Source of the DNA: Prochlorococcus marinus subsp. pastoris str. CCMP1986
GTDB lineage: Bacteria > Cyanobacteriota > Cyanobacteriia > PCC-6307 > Cyanobiaceae
Assembly: GCF_000011465.1 (NCBI RefSeq)
Contig: NC_005072.1
Location: 1,140,001 to 1,172,000 of the forward strand
Direction: 5' to 3'
Length of the DNA stretch: 32,000 bases
Shown: positions 18,248 to 27,015 of the stretch, piece after piece
Numbering within the stretch: the first letter of the stretch is position 1
How the letters are laid out: every line of letters begins with the position of its first letter
Notes under the pieces: model-generated
What the model was told of the DNA's origin: nothing
What the model saw: only the letters and a program-made list of their open reading frames with translations
Databases searched by the model: none
Made by a program: the position numbers and the translations under genes

Positions 18248-19339
18248 TCAGATCTCACAATAAATGCTCAAATCTAGTTCCTCAAGATTTTTGATATAAC
18301 CATAAGGATTTTTCAAACCCCATCTCCAACCATCCCTACATATATCATCTAATGTTTTTCTTGCCTTCCAATTAAGTATAGAATTAGACAATCTACTATC
18401 TGCAAAAAGCACTCCACAATCTCCTATCCTCCTCTCTGAGAACTCATATTCAATTTTTATGTCATTAACTTTTTTAAAAGTATTTATTAACTCAAGTACT
18501 GTAGTTCCTTTACCAGTACCTAAATTTACTTTGATCAAATTATGTTTTGAATTTAATAACAAGCGTAATGCTTTTTCGTGACCATCTATTATATCCTCAA
18601 CATGAACATAATCTCTTAAACAGGTGCCATCCCTAGTAGGCCAGTCTTTCCCAAAAATATTCAATTTTTTATTATTATCTTTAGCCACCTCACAAATAAT
18701 TGGAAATAAATTATTTTTGTTTGAGATAGGATTTTCTCCTATTATTCCAGAGTGATGAGCTCCTACAGGATTAAAATATCTTAATATAGCTACTCCCCAA
18801 TTTTTTCTGAAATGTAGATCAGTTAAAATTTCTTCAATTGTTTTTTTTGTTTTTCCATAAACATTAGAAGGGATTAATGAACTATCTTCTTTGATGGGAC
18901 AATTTTGATTGTTACCATAAACGGCGGCACTACTGCTAAAAACTATATTTTTACAATCATATAACTCCATAACTTTAAATAAATTAATGGATCCTGAGAC
19001 ATTATATTCCCAATACTTAATTGGATTTTCCTCAGATTCACTAACAGCTTTTAAACCTGCAAAATGTAAAACTGCAATTATCTTTTGATTATTACAAAGA
19101 GCATGTTCAAAAATAATTTTTAATTTTTCAAAATTTGTTATGTCTGCTTTAAAAAATTTTATTTTATTATCAGCAAATTTATTTTTTTCTTTAAAAAATC
19201 TATTAACTCTGGATATTGACTCAAATGAACTATTTTCCAGAGAATCAACTATATAAATTCCATAACCAGCTTCAAGTAAATTTAAACACGCATGACTGCC
19301 AAGATAACCTGCTCCGCCTGTAATTAAAATATTATTCAT
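18248..19339 (-). CDS. galE: UDP-glucose 4-epimerase
   Basis: ILITGGAGYLGSH, SSSAAVYG, YGKTKKTIE (YxxxK), LRYFNPVGAHHSGIIGENP and RDYVHVEDI are GalE hallmarks. Confidence 0.8.
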   Translation of the reverse strand: MNNILITGGAGYLGSHACLNLLEAGYGIYIVDSLENSSFESISRVNRFFKEKNKFADNKIKFFKADITNFEKLKIIFEHALCNNQKIIAVLHFAGLKAVSESEENPIKYWEYNVSGSINLFKVMELYDCKNIVFSSSAAVYGNNQNCPIKEDSSLIPSNVYGKTKKTIEEILTDLHFRKNWGVAILRYFNPVGAHHSGIIGENPISNKNNLFPIICEVAKDNNKKLNIFGKDWPTRDGTCLRDYVHVEDIIDGHEKALRLLLNSKHNLIKVNLGTGKGTTVLELINTFKKVNDIKIEYEFSERRIGDCGVLFADSRLSNSILNWKARKTLDDICRDGWRWGLKNPYGYIKNLEELDLSIYCEI

Positions 19340-19389
19340 CCTGAGTTTTTAACGTTATGTTTTAATTTTTTTGAAATTGGAATATGAGT

Positions 19390-20415
19390 TTATATCCGAA
19401 CATATTCTTTATACCATTTTACAAACTTCCCAATACCCTCAGTAAGATTTATTTTTGGTTCGTATCCAATCCAATCACTTAGCTTATTTATATTAGCGGA
19501 TGTGGCGATAACATCTCCTGTTTGCATTGGTTTAAAAATCTTCTTGGCACTTTTCCCTATACTTAATTCTAAGAGTTCAATAAATTTCATTAACTTAATT
19601 GGATTACCATTGCCAACATTAAAAATCTTATGTTTTGCAAAAGATATTGAAGGGTCTGGTTTATCTCTATTAAAATTGTCAGAACTTTCAGCAGACTTAT
19701 AAACACACCCTACAATTCCATCTACAACATCATCAATATAAGTGAAATCCCTCATCATCTCTCCATTGTTAAAAATATTTATTTCATCACCAGATAAAAT
19801 TGCTTTAGTAAATATCATAGGTGCCATATCAGGTCTTCCCCAAGGTCCATAGACTGTAAAAAACCTTAGTCCTGTTGTTGGCAAGTCATAAATATGACTA
19901 TAAGAATGTGCTATAACTTCGTTACATTTTTTGGTTGCGGCATAAAAACTAACAGGATGATCTACAGATTGGCTTTCATTAAAGGGCATATTAGTATTGC
20001 CCCCGTATACAGAGCTACTTGAAGCATAAATAAAATTCCTTACATCATACTTTTTAGATAAATAAATTATGTTATGAAAGCCCACCAAGTTAGATTGAAC
20101 ATATTGATGTGGGTCGATTAATGAATAGCGAACACCAGCTTGAGCAGCCAAATTAACAACAAATTTTGGTTTGTATTTCGTAAAAAGTTTTTCTAATTCA
20201 TTTATGTTTTCAATTGAGAAATTAAATCCCTCATATTTTCCTTTATTAAATTTTGTAGATTTAATAATTTCTTTCAATCTATCTTTCTTCAGAGAAACGC
20301 TATAATATGAGTTTAAATTATCTACCCCAATAACTCTAAAACCTTTATGAACTAATTTTATTGAAAGAGAAGAACCGATAAACCCAGCGGAACCTGTAAC
20401 TAATATTGTATCCAT
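19390..20415 (-). CDS. UDP-glucuronate 4-epimerase (NAD-dependent epimerase)
   Basis: ILVTGSAGFIGS, ASSSSVYG, YAATKKCNE and LRFFTVYGPWGRPDMAP are typical of UDP-GlcA 4-epimerases (Cap1J/GAE type). Confidence 0.75.
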   Translation of the reverse strand: MDTILVTGSAGFIGSSLSIKLVHKGFRVIGVDNLNSYYSVSLKKDRLKEIIKSTKFNKGKYEGFNFSIENINELEKLFTKYKPKFVVNLAAQAGVRYSLIDPHQYVQSNLVGFHNIIYLSKKYDVRNFIYASSSSVYGGNTNMPFNESQSVDHPVSFYAATKKCNEVIAHSYSHIYDLPTTGLRFFTVYGPWGRPDMAPMIFTKAILSGDEINIFNNGEMMRDFTYIDDVVDGIVGCVYKSAESSDNFNRDKPDPSISFAKHKIFNVGNGNPIKLMKFIELLELSIGKSAKKIFKPMQTGDVIATSANINKLSDWIGYEPKINLTEGIGKFVKWYKEYVRI

Positions 20416-20595
20416 TTAAAAAGGAAATAATTTAAAATTTAAACTATTAAAGATGCAAAAGCCAGAATTATCAATTTCCTTTTTTAAAATTAAAAATGGA
20501 TTAAAATTTAAATAATTCTTATTTTTAATATTACTATTTTTAGTAAACAAAAATAAGTAATATAAAGAATAATATATGTTAATAATTTTGCAGAT

Positions 20596-21762
20596 ATGAA
20601 TGGCTACTTTTTAAAAATATCTTCAGTATTATTGTTATTAAATTTATTTGGAATTTTTCCGTTAAAAATATTCTCACAAGATCTTATTAAAAATGAAATA
20701 TATAAAAATAATATTCCAATAGATTATCTAGATTACATTCCTGATAATGAATATATCTTAGGGCCTGGAGATGTAATTTTAATTTTATTCAATAATAAAG
20801 AGCTTTATAATAAATTATTTACTATTCAGAATGATGGGACAATATTTAGTAATAGGTTGAGAAGAGTTTATATTGAAGGTCTTACCATAAATGAATTATC
20901 TATTTTATTAAATGAAAAATATAAAGAATTTTTTATTAATCCGAATATAAATATAGAAATTGTTAAAAGCAGACCCATTAGAATTCAAATATTAGGAGAA
21001 GTGGTTAGTCCTGGTAGTTATTTATTAGGTGGAAAGAAGGAATTTAATCAATTTAATGCTTTAATTAATGAAACAAGTAATATTAAAGATGAAAAAAGTA
21101 ATTTACTTTTTGAAGAATTAAATAAAGAGGGGGAAATAACGACTTCTAAGACTTTATTTGATGCAATTAAGGAAGCTAAAGGTATTACTCTTTATTCTGA
21201 TCTAGAAAACATAGAAGTAATTAGGAGAAATCCAATTAGCAAAGGCGGAGGAAAAATAAAAACAAATTTAAATTTTCTTAATTTCATAGAAACTGGAGCT
21301 CAAAAACAAAATATTAGTTTGATGGATGGCGACACCATAATTGTAAAAAAGAGTAATTATCCCCTTAATGAACAGTTTAGAAAGGCAACAAGTACAAATT
21401 TACAAAGTCAATTTAATAAGGTATTCATATCTGGAAGAGTAGAAGAGCCTGGAATGAAATTAATTAATAAGTCTGCTACACTAAATGATTTAATTCTTCT
21501 GAGTGGAGGTAATAAACCTCTTAGAGGAAATATTTATAATGTAAGATTTAATAATGACGGAACTCTAACTAGAAGTAAAATAAGATATAGAAGGAATGCT
21601 CCTGCAAATTCTAAGAATAATCCTATATTACGTTCTGGAGATATTGTAAGCTTAGACTCTAATCTTCTATTAAAAGGTTCGTCAACTATAAGTGAAATCA
21701 CTAGCCCTTTTGTAGGGATCTTCTCCTCCTATAGCTTTTTTAATATGCTTACGGAATTATGA
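20596..21762 (+). CDS. Polysaccharide export outer-membrane protein (Wza/KpsD-like; Poly_export + SLBB domains)
   Basis: N-terminal signal-like segment ISSVLLLLNLFGIFPLKIFSQ. Poly_export motif YILGPGDVILILF. Two SLBB-like segments ILGEVVSPGSYLL and ISGRVEEPGMKLI. There is no Cys lipobox. Confidence 0.75.
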   Translation: MNGYFLKISSVLLLLNLFGIFPLKIFSQDLIKNEIYKNNIPIDYLDYIPDNEYILGPGDVILILFNNKELYNKLFTIQNDGTIFSNRLRRVYIEGLTINELSILLNEKYKEFFINPNINIEIVKSRPIRIQILGEVVSPGSYLLGGKKEFNQFNALINETSNIKDEKSNLLFEELNKEGEITTSKTLFDAIKEAKGITLYSDLENIEVIRRNPISKGGGKIKTNLNFLNFIETGAQKQNISLMDGDTIIVKKSNYPLNEQFRKATSTNLQSQFNKVFISGRVEEPGMKLINKSATLNDLILLSGGNKPLRGNIYNVRFNNDGTLTRSKIRYRRNAPANSKNNPILRSGDIVSLDSNLLLKGSSTISEITSPFVGIFSSYSFFNMLTEL

Positions 21763-21771
21763 AAAATTTTT

Positions 21772-22464
21772 TTAATTAAGATTTTTTTTGTATGCATCTA
21801 CAATTAAACTTGAATTCGCATTTTCAAAATTCCAACCATATTTCCTACTAAATGATTTATTATTTCTCGTCCTGATTATAAATCCCAACTCAGAATTTAA
21901 TTTTTCATTAACAAGACTTCCATCAGATAAATATCCTTCCCTTAAGACACATTTAAAACCACAATTTTCTAATTCTGATTTTAAATATTCATAAGTAATG
22001 AATTGTTTATGATCAGAGGCATCAGCCCCTTTCCCATTTATTCCAGCATGTTCTCTGTAAATAGGATTTGGATGATTCCCATCTGGCACGGCAATTCTTA
22101 ATGTTCCATCTTCAATCAAATAATTATATATTAAATTTAAAGCAGACTTCATTTCCAATTTACTTAAATGTTCAAAGACATGCTCAGCTAAGGCTCTTTT
22201 AAGCTTTTTTTTATTTTTGAAAAGTCTGTGCCAGTTTTCTTTGCTTGAAATATCAAACCATTCTTCATTTGTTGATAACCAATCTTTTTGAGATGTAAGT
22301 GCTGCTCCAAGAATAATTTTTACTTCCTTAGCAAAAAAAAGGATTATTTTGAATTTTAAAAATCTAAATTTATATAGAAAAATTTTAAAAATCCTTCTAA
22401 TTAAAATTCTTAGTCTTTTTGGAACTATATTTCTGTAAATTAATTTTCCTCTATTAATTAACAT
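21772..22464 (-). CDS. Methyltransferase-fold-like protein (COG4627-like), function uncertain
   Basis: AEHVFEHLSKLEMKSALNLIYNYLIEDGTLRIAVPDG resembles the motif II/III region of small SAM-methyltransferase-like proteins found in glycan loci. The usual glycine-rich motif I is replaced by KIILGAALTS. Confidence 0.35.
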   Translation of the reverse strand: MLINRGKLIYRNIVPKRLRILIRRIFKIFLYKFRFLKFKIILFFAKEVKIILGAALTSQKDWLSTNEEWFDISSKENWHRLFKNKKKLKRALAEHVFEHLSKLEMKSALNLIYNYLIEDGTLRIAVPDGNHPNPIYREHAGINGKGADASDHKQFITYEYLKSELENCGFKCVLREGYLSDGSLVNEKLNSELGFIIRTRNNKSFSRKYGWNFENANSSLIVDAYKKNLN

Positions 22465-22467
22465 TTT

Positions 22468-23628
22468 TCAAGGATCTAGGTAAGTAGATAATACGCTAAT
22501 AACTGACTCAGAAGAAGCTTTATTATCATATTTTGAAGAAAGATTCAGAAACACCTCTTTTGGTAAGTGAGAATAAGAAGAGTAATTGTTAATAACTTGT
22601 TTTATCAATTTAGAAATACCATAGGGTTCAATCTCCATTGTTGTTTCTCCTAAGATTCCATCTATAAACAAAGAGGAAAGTCCTCTATTAACTATTGCAA
22701 CAATGGGGATACCCAAAAGACCAGATTCTAAAGCAACTCTTGATAAACCTTCTCCATAAGTACTCGGAATTACAATCAATTTAGAAGTTGCATAATAATT
22801 TATAGGTTCAATTACATATTCTTCTAATACGATATTTTTATCTAATAAAAATTCTTTTAAATCAGTATCAATATTTTTTATATCACTTTTTGGTGATACT
22901 ATTCTGAATTTTAAATTAGAATATATTGGATCACTTAATAAATAGTTAATAGCTGCTATAAACCTATAGAACCCTTTATCGACGGAAATTCTTCCAATAT
23001 AAGTAATGTACATATCATCTAATTGGAGTTGATTTTTTTTATTTAAAATTCCTAAATTTATCCTCTTTTTCTTAAGATTATCTGGATTAAAAATACGTGA
23101 GTCGATCCCAGTCCCAGGAATTATATTTATTTTTGAAATTTGAACTATTTTTTTTTCTAATAAATAAGCATAATCAGCATAATTTAAAACAAATATACCT
23201 TTATAAGGATTTAGAAAAATTATTCTATAAACTATTTCCAAAATTCTTTTAAGAATTCTAAATAATAATATTCTTGAAGAAAATATTCTTCCTAAGCCTT
23301 CTAAAGTCGCAAATCTAATTGAATTATTAAAAATCGGAAGTATTGATAAGATAATTGGACCAATAGTAAAACTAAATAAAAAAGTTTTCTTTTGATCCTT
23401 AGAAAAAAAATTTTTAATATAAAAAAAAATATAATTTACAAAATTATATTGTTTTACTTTGTTTAATAAAAATTTATTTTTATTTCCTACTGGCGGTCCT
23501 AATCTTAAATAAATCAAAAGAACTTCAATTTTTTTATTATTCAATTCTTCGATTAAAGGTAACTTAAAATTATGTAGGAACCAAAGTGTATTAGCAAATA
23601 AAATAACTTTATGTTTACTATCTTGCAT
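22468..23628 (-). CDS. Glycosyltransferase, GT-B fold (GT4-like)
   Basis: C-terminal EX7E region PSTYGEGLSRVALESGLLGIPIVA. 386 aa. Only 3 nt separate it from the downstream methyltransferase-like ORF. Confidence 0.7.
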   Translation of the reverse strand: MQDSKHKVILFANTLWFLHNFKLPLIEELNNKKIEVLLIYLRLGPPVGNKNKFLLNKVKQYNFVNYIFFYIKNFFSKDQKKTFLFSFTIGPIILSILPIFNNSIRFATLEGLGRIFSSRILLFRILKRILEIVYRIIFLNPYKGIFVLNYADYAYLLEKKIVQISKINIIPGTGIDSRIFNPDNLKKKRINLGILNKKNQLQLDDMYITYIGRISVDKGFYRFIAAINYLLSDPIYSNLKFRIVSPKSDIKNIDTDLKEFLLDKNIVLEEYVIEPINYYATSKLIVIPSTYGEGLSRVALESGLLGIPIVAIVNRGLSSLFIDGILGETTMEIEPYGISKLIKQVINNYSSYSHLPKEVFLNLSSKYDNKASSESVISVLSTYLDP

Positions 23629-23767
23629 TAAGAAATTTTCAACTTATTTAATAATAGTAAAATTAAAAATAGTTGTTTATAATTTTGCAAATTAACGTCA
23701 TGAAAACCCATGAAATTTTGTATCAAAATTACAAAAAAACATTTTTAGATTTACAAAATCATTAATA

Positions 23768-24445
23768 TTGTTATATGAAACACAAAAAATAAAATTGTTA
23801 GATAATGGTCATCATATAAATTTTTTTTATAATAATAAACTTTTCCTTCCCAAAGATAATAAATTAAGGCCAGCTTTGTTCCTTGACAGAGATGGTGTAA
23901 TAATTAAAGAAAAACACTTCATATCTAAAGCAACTGACGTCGAATTAGAAAATGGAATTAATGATCTAATATATTTAGCTAATATGCTTCAATTGCCAAT
24001 AGTAATTATCACCAATCAATCTGGAATAGCACGAAAAATCACAAAATGGGAAAATTACTTTAAAGTAACAGAAAAAATGATAAATCTTATAAATAAAGAC
24101 AATACTATAATTGCAATTTATGCAAATGGATTAGGTACAGAATCTCCCAACTATTCATGGAGGAAACCAAGTCCTTCTATGATTTTAAACGCAGCAAATT
24201 ATCTAAAATTAGATCTATCAAAATCACTTTTGGTTGGGGACAGATTAAGTGATTTAATTTCTGGTTTCAATGCAGGTTTATTAAATCTTTTTCATGTACG
24301 TACTGGACACGGAAACTTGGAAAGAGAGGATGTTAAAAAATTTTTTAGTAAAAACGATCATTCTGATTTAATAAAAATAAAATATATTAATAAAATAGGG
24401 GAAGAATTATTTCATGATCTCCAAGTTTTGGTTGGGCAGCAATGA
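23768..24445 (+). CDS. gmhB: HAD-superfamily D,D-heptose 1,7-bisphosphate phosphatase-like (GmhB-like); start codon uncertain
   Basis: HAD motif I FLDRDGVII, motif II ITNQSGI, the WRKPSP loop and motif IV VGDRLSDL. The tracked start is TTG, and no ATG lies upstream of motif I. That gives a ~35-aa N-terminal extension relative to typical GmhB. Confidence 0.65.
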   Translation: MLYETQKIKLLDNGHHINFFYNNKLFLPKDNKLRPALFLDRDGVIIKEKHFISKATDVELENGINDLIYLANMLQLPIVIITNQSGIARKITKWENYFKVTEKMINLINKDNTIIAIYANGLGTESPNYSWRKPSPSMILNAANYLKLDLSKSLLVGDRLSDLISGFNAGLLNLFHVRTGHGNLEREDVKKFFSKNDHSDLIKIKYINKIGEELFHDLQVLVGQQ

Positions 24446-25665
24446 GCTTGAAGAATGGAGAAATTATTATAATTGGTGGAGGAATTGTTGGATTAACAAT
24501 TGCATACCAGATTATCAAAAGAGGTATTTCGAAAAATATTATTATTTTAGAAAAAGAAAATAATTTAGGTTTGCATACCTCAGGCAGAAATAGCGGAGTC
24601 TTACACGCAGGAATATATTATAAACCTGGCTCCCTTAAGTCAAAAGTATGCATTGAGGGAGGCAAGAGACTTAAGGCATGGATAAAAGATAGAGGACTAA
24701 AAACAAATCCATGTGGGAAAATAATAATTCCTACTAAGTATGAACAAGATTCTCAAATAGATTTACTTTTTGAAAGGGGCTTAAAAAATGGAGCAAAAGT
24801 CGAAATTATTAATAATAAAAAACTGAAAGAAATTCAACCAAATACAAATTCCATAACAAATAGAGCATTATGGAGTCCTAATACTGCGGTAGTAAACCCA
24901 TTAGAGATAATAAATCAATTAGAAATTGAACTTAAAGATAAGGGAGTAATTTTCATAAAAGGAAGCAAAATAAGAAAGATAAATAAAAAGGAAAATAAAA
25001 TTCACACTGAAGATAATTTAATAATAAAGTATAAATATTTTTTTAATTGTGCTGGTCTTCAATCGGATAGGGTTGCACATATGTGCAATGTTGGCAAAAA
25101 CTTAACAATATTGCCTTTTAAAGGTTTTTATTGGAAGATAAAAAATAATGACGCTTTTGATATCAAAACGAATATATATCCAGTTCCTGATTTATCTGTT
25201 CCTTTCCTTGGCGTTCACTTCACGCCAAGTGGTGATAAAAAAAATATTTTTATTGGACCAACTGCGACAGTGGCTTTTGGTAGAGAAAATTACAAATTTT
25301 TTGAAGGATTAGAACCATTAATGTTGATTTCAAATCTATTTATTCTTTCAAAGCAATATTTGATGAATAAGAATAAATTTAGACAATATGTTCATCAACA
25401 ATCTCTTCAGGCTTTTGAACCATTCTTAATAAAATCAGCTCAGAATTTAATTCCATCAATCAAATTGAGTGATATTGAAATAAGTGAAAAACTAGGAATT
25501 AGGGCGCAGCTTTTTGATAATAAAAAAATGAATTTAGTAGATGATTTTATTTGTACAAATGATGAAAATTCTACACATGTTTTAAATGCAGTTTCTCCAG
25601 CTTTTACATCAAGTTTCTCACTGGCAGATTTAATAATTAATTCTTCAAAATTAAATAAAGAATAA
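24442..25665 (+). CDS. FAD-dependent oxidoreductase, L-2-hydroxyglutarate oxidase/dehydrogenase (LhgO)-like
   Basis: IIIIGGGIVGLTIA dinucleotide fold, then HTSGRNSGVLHAGIYYKPGSLKS. Also PFKGFYW...IYPVPDLSVPFLGVHFT, GIRAQL and HVLNAVSPAFTSS, matching the LhgO pattern end to end. ATGA overlap with the upstream gene. Confidence 0.75.
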   Translation: MSLKNGEIIIIGGGIVGLTIAYQIIKRGISKNIIILEKENNLGLHTSGRNSGVLHAGIYYKPGSLKSKVCIEGGKRLKAWIKDRGLKTNPCGKIIIPTKYEQDSQIDLLFERGLKNGAKVEIINNKKLKEIQPNTNSITNRALWSPNTAVVNPLEIINQLEIELKDKGVIFIKGSKIRKINKKENKIHTEDNLIIKYKYFFNCAGLQSDRVAHMCNVGKNLTILPFKGFYWKIKNNDAFDIKTNIYPVPDLSVPFLGVHFTPSGDKKNIFIGPTATVAFGRENYKFFEGLEPLMLISNLFILSKQYLMNKNKFRQYVHQQSLQAFEPFLIKSAQNLIPSIKLSDIEISEKLGIRAQLFDNKKMNLVDDFICTNDENSTHVLNAVSPAFTSSFSLADLIINSSKLNKE

Positions 25666-25666
25666 T

Positions 25667-26386
25667 ATGGACAAAAAGTTAAAAGTTTTATTATTAGCGG
25701 CAGGTTTGGGAACAAGATTAAAACCATTAACAAATAATGTCCCAAAATGTCTCGTAAAAATAAATGAAAAGCCTCTTCTACATTTATGGCTTGAAAAACT
25801 AGAAAATTTAAATTGCGAATCTATATTAATTAATACTCATTATTTACCTGATAAAGTTAACAGAGCCATTTATGAATGGGATGGGGAAAAATCCAAAATA
25901 TATACTACTTTTGAAAAAAATCTTTTAGGCACAGCAGGCACCTTAATAAGGAATCTTGATTTTTTTAATAATTCTGAAGGTTTAATTATTCATGCTGATA
26001 ATATGACTGATGATAATCTTGTTGAATTTATTAATGCTCATAATAAAAGACCTTGCAATACTATATTATCGATGCTTACATTCGAAACGGATAATCCAAC
26101 AGCTTGCGGTGTAGTAAAAATAGATAAAGATAATATAGTTCAAGAATTTCATGAAAAAGTAAAAAATCCGCCTTCAAAATTAGCTAATGGTGCTATTTAT
26201 GCTTTTGGCAATGATTTCATAAATTATCTTAAAAATATGGATAATAAAGTATTTGATATAAGCAAAGATATAATACCTTCATTAAATGGTAGAATATTGT
26301 CCTACAAAACTAGTGCGAATTTTCTTGATATTGGAACACCTTATAATCTAAAAAAAGCTCAAAAATTATTTAATAAAGATTTATAG
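25667..26386 (+). CDS. Sugar-1-phosphate nucleotidyltransferase (HddC/MurU-like NTP_transferase)
   Basis: VLLLAAGLGTRLKPLTNNVPKCLV, LLGTAGTL, IHADN, ANGAIYAF, FLDIGTP. Starts 1 nt after the upstream stop. Nucleotide specificity cannot be read from the sequence. Confidence 0.75.
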   Translation: MDKKLKVLLLAAGLGTRLKPLTNNVPKCLVKINEKPLLHLWLEKLENLNCESILINTHYLPDKVNRAIYEWDGEKSKIYTTFEKNLLGTAGTLIRNLDFFNNSEGLIIHADNMTDDNLVEFINAHNKRPCNTILSMLTFETDNPTACGVVKIDKDNIVQEFHEKVKNPPSKLANGAIYAFGNDFINYLKNMDNKVFDISKDIIPSLNGRILSYKTSANFLDIGTPYNLKKAQKLFNKDL

Positions 26387-26388
26387 TG

Positions 26389-27000
26389 ATGGAAAAAGTT
26401 TTTAAAAATTTTACAGAATTATACCTAAAGAATTTAGTTTCAAGTTTTGAACCAAAGATTATTGAAAAGATAGAAATACTTGCAAATGATTTAAATTTAA
26501 GCTGGAAGAATGGAGCTAATGTTTTTATATGCGGAAATGGAGGTAGTGCGGGAAATGCAATGCATATTGCAAATGACTTTCATTACGGAGTTGGTTGTAA
26601 AAGGGATCCACAATCAAATGATATAAAAAATAAACCAGGAATAAAAATTATAGCTCTGCCATCAAACCCGAGTATTATTACATGCTTGGCAAATGATATT
26701 GGTTATGAAAATATCTACTCTCACCAATTAAAAGTCCTTGGGAATCTAAATGATATATTAATTGTTTTATCAGGCAGCGGAAATTCTAAGAATGTAATAA
26801 ATGCTATAGTTGAAGCTCATAAAATTGGAATTAAAACTTATTCAATTACTGCTTTTGATGGAGGTAAATGCAAAGAGATTTCAAAAGAAAATATTCATTT
26901 TGAAATTAATGATATGCAAATAGCAGAAGATACTCAATTAATTCTTTTTCATATGTGTATGCAATGGCTTTCAAATACTAATAATCAAGAAATAGAATAG
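26389..27000 (+). CDS. gmhA: Phosphoheptose isomerase (SIS domain)
   Basis: FICGNGGSAGNAMHIANDF, ALPSNPSIITCLANDIGYENIY, VLSGSGNSKNVINA. The track starts at GTG 26386, which overlaps the upstream stop. The adjacent ATG at 26389 is preferred. Confidence 0.8.
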   Translation: MEKVFKNFTELYLKNLVSSFEPKIIEKIEILANDLNLSWKNGANVFICGNGGSAGNAMHIANDFHYGVGCKRDPQSNDIKNKPGIKIIALPSNPSIITCLANDIGYENIYSHQLKVLGNLNDILIVLSGSGNSKNVINAIVEAHKIGIKTYSITAFDGGKCKEISKENIHFEINDMQIAEDTQLILFHMCMQWLSNTNNQEIE

Positions 27001-27015
27001 TTATTAAAAAGTTAA

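Noticed and set aside
23700-23765. 21-codon ATG-initiated upstream ORF (MKTHEILYQNYKKTFLDLQNH) ending 2 nt before the TTG of the gmhB-like gene
   Set aside because: It is too short and unremarkable to support as a gene or leader peptide. It is in a different frame from gmhB, so it is not a simple frameshifted N-terminus. I noted it only as context for the uncertain gmhB start.
25440-25745. 101-aa minus-strand ORF spanning the flavoenzyme/nucleotidyltransferase junction
   Set aside because: It overlaps two tightly coupled, motif-supported plus-strand genes, and the translated sequence has no recognisable features.
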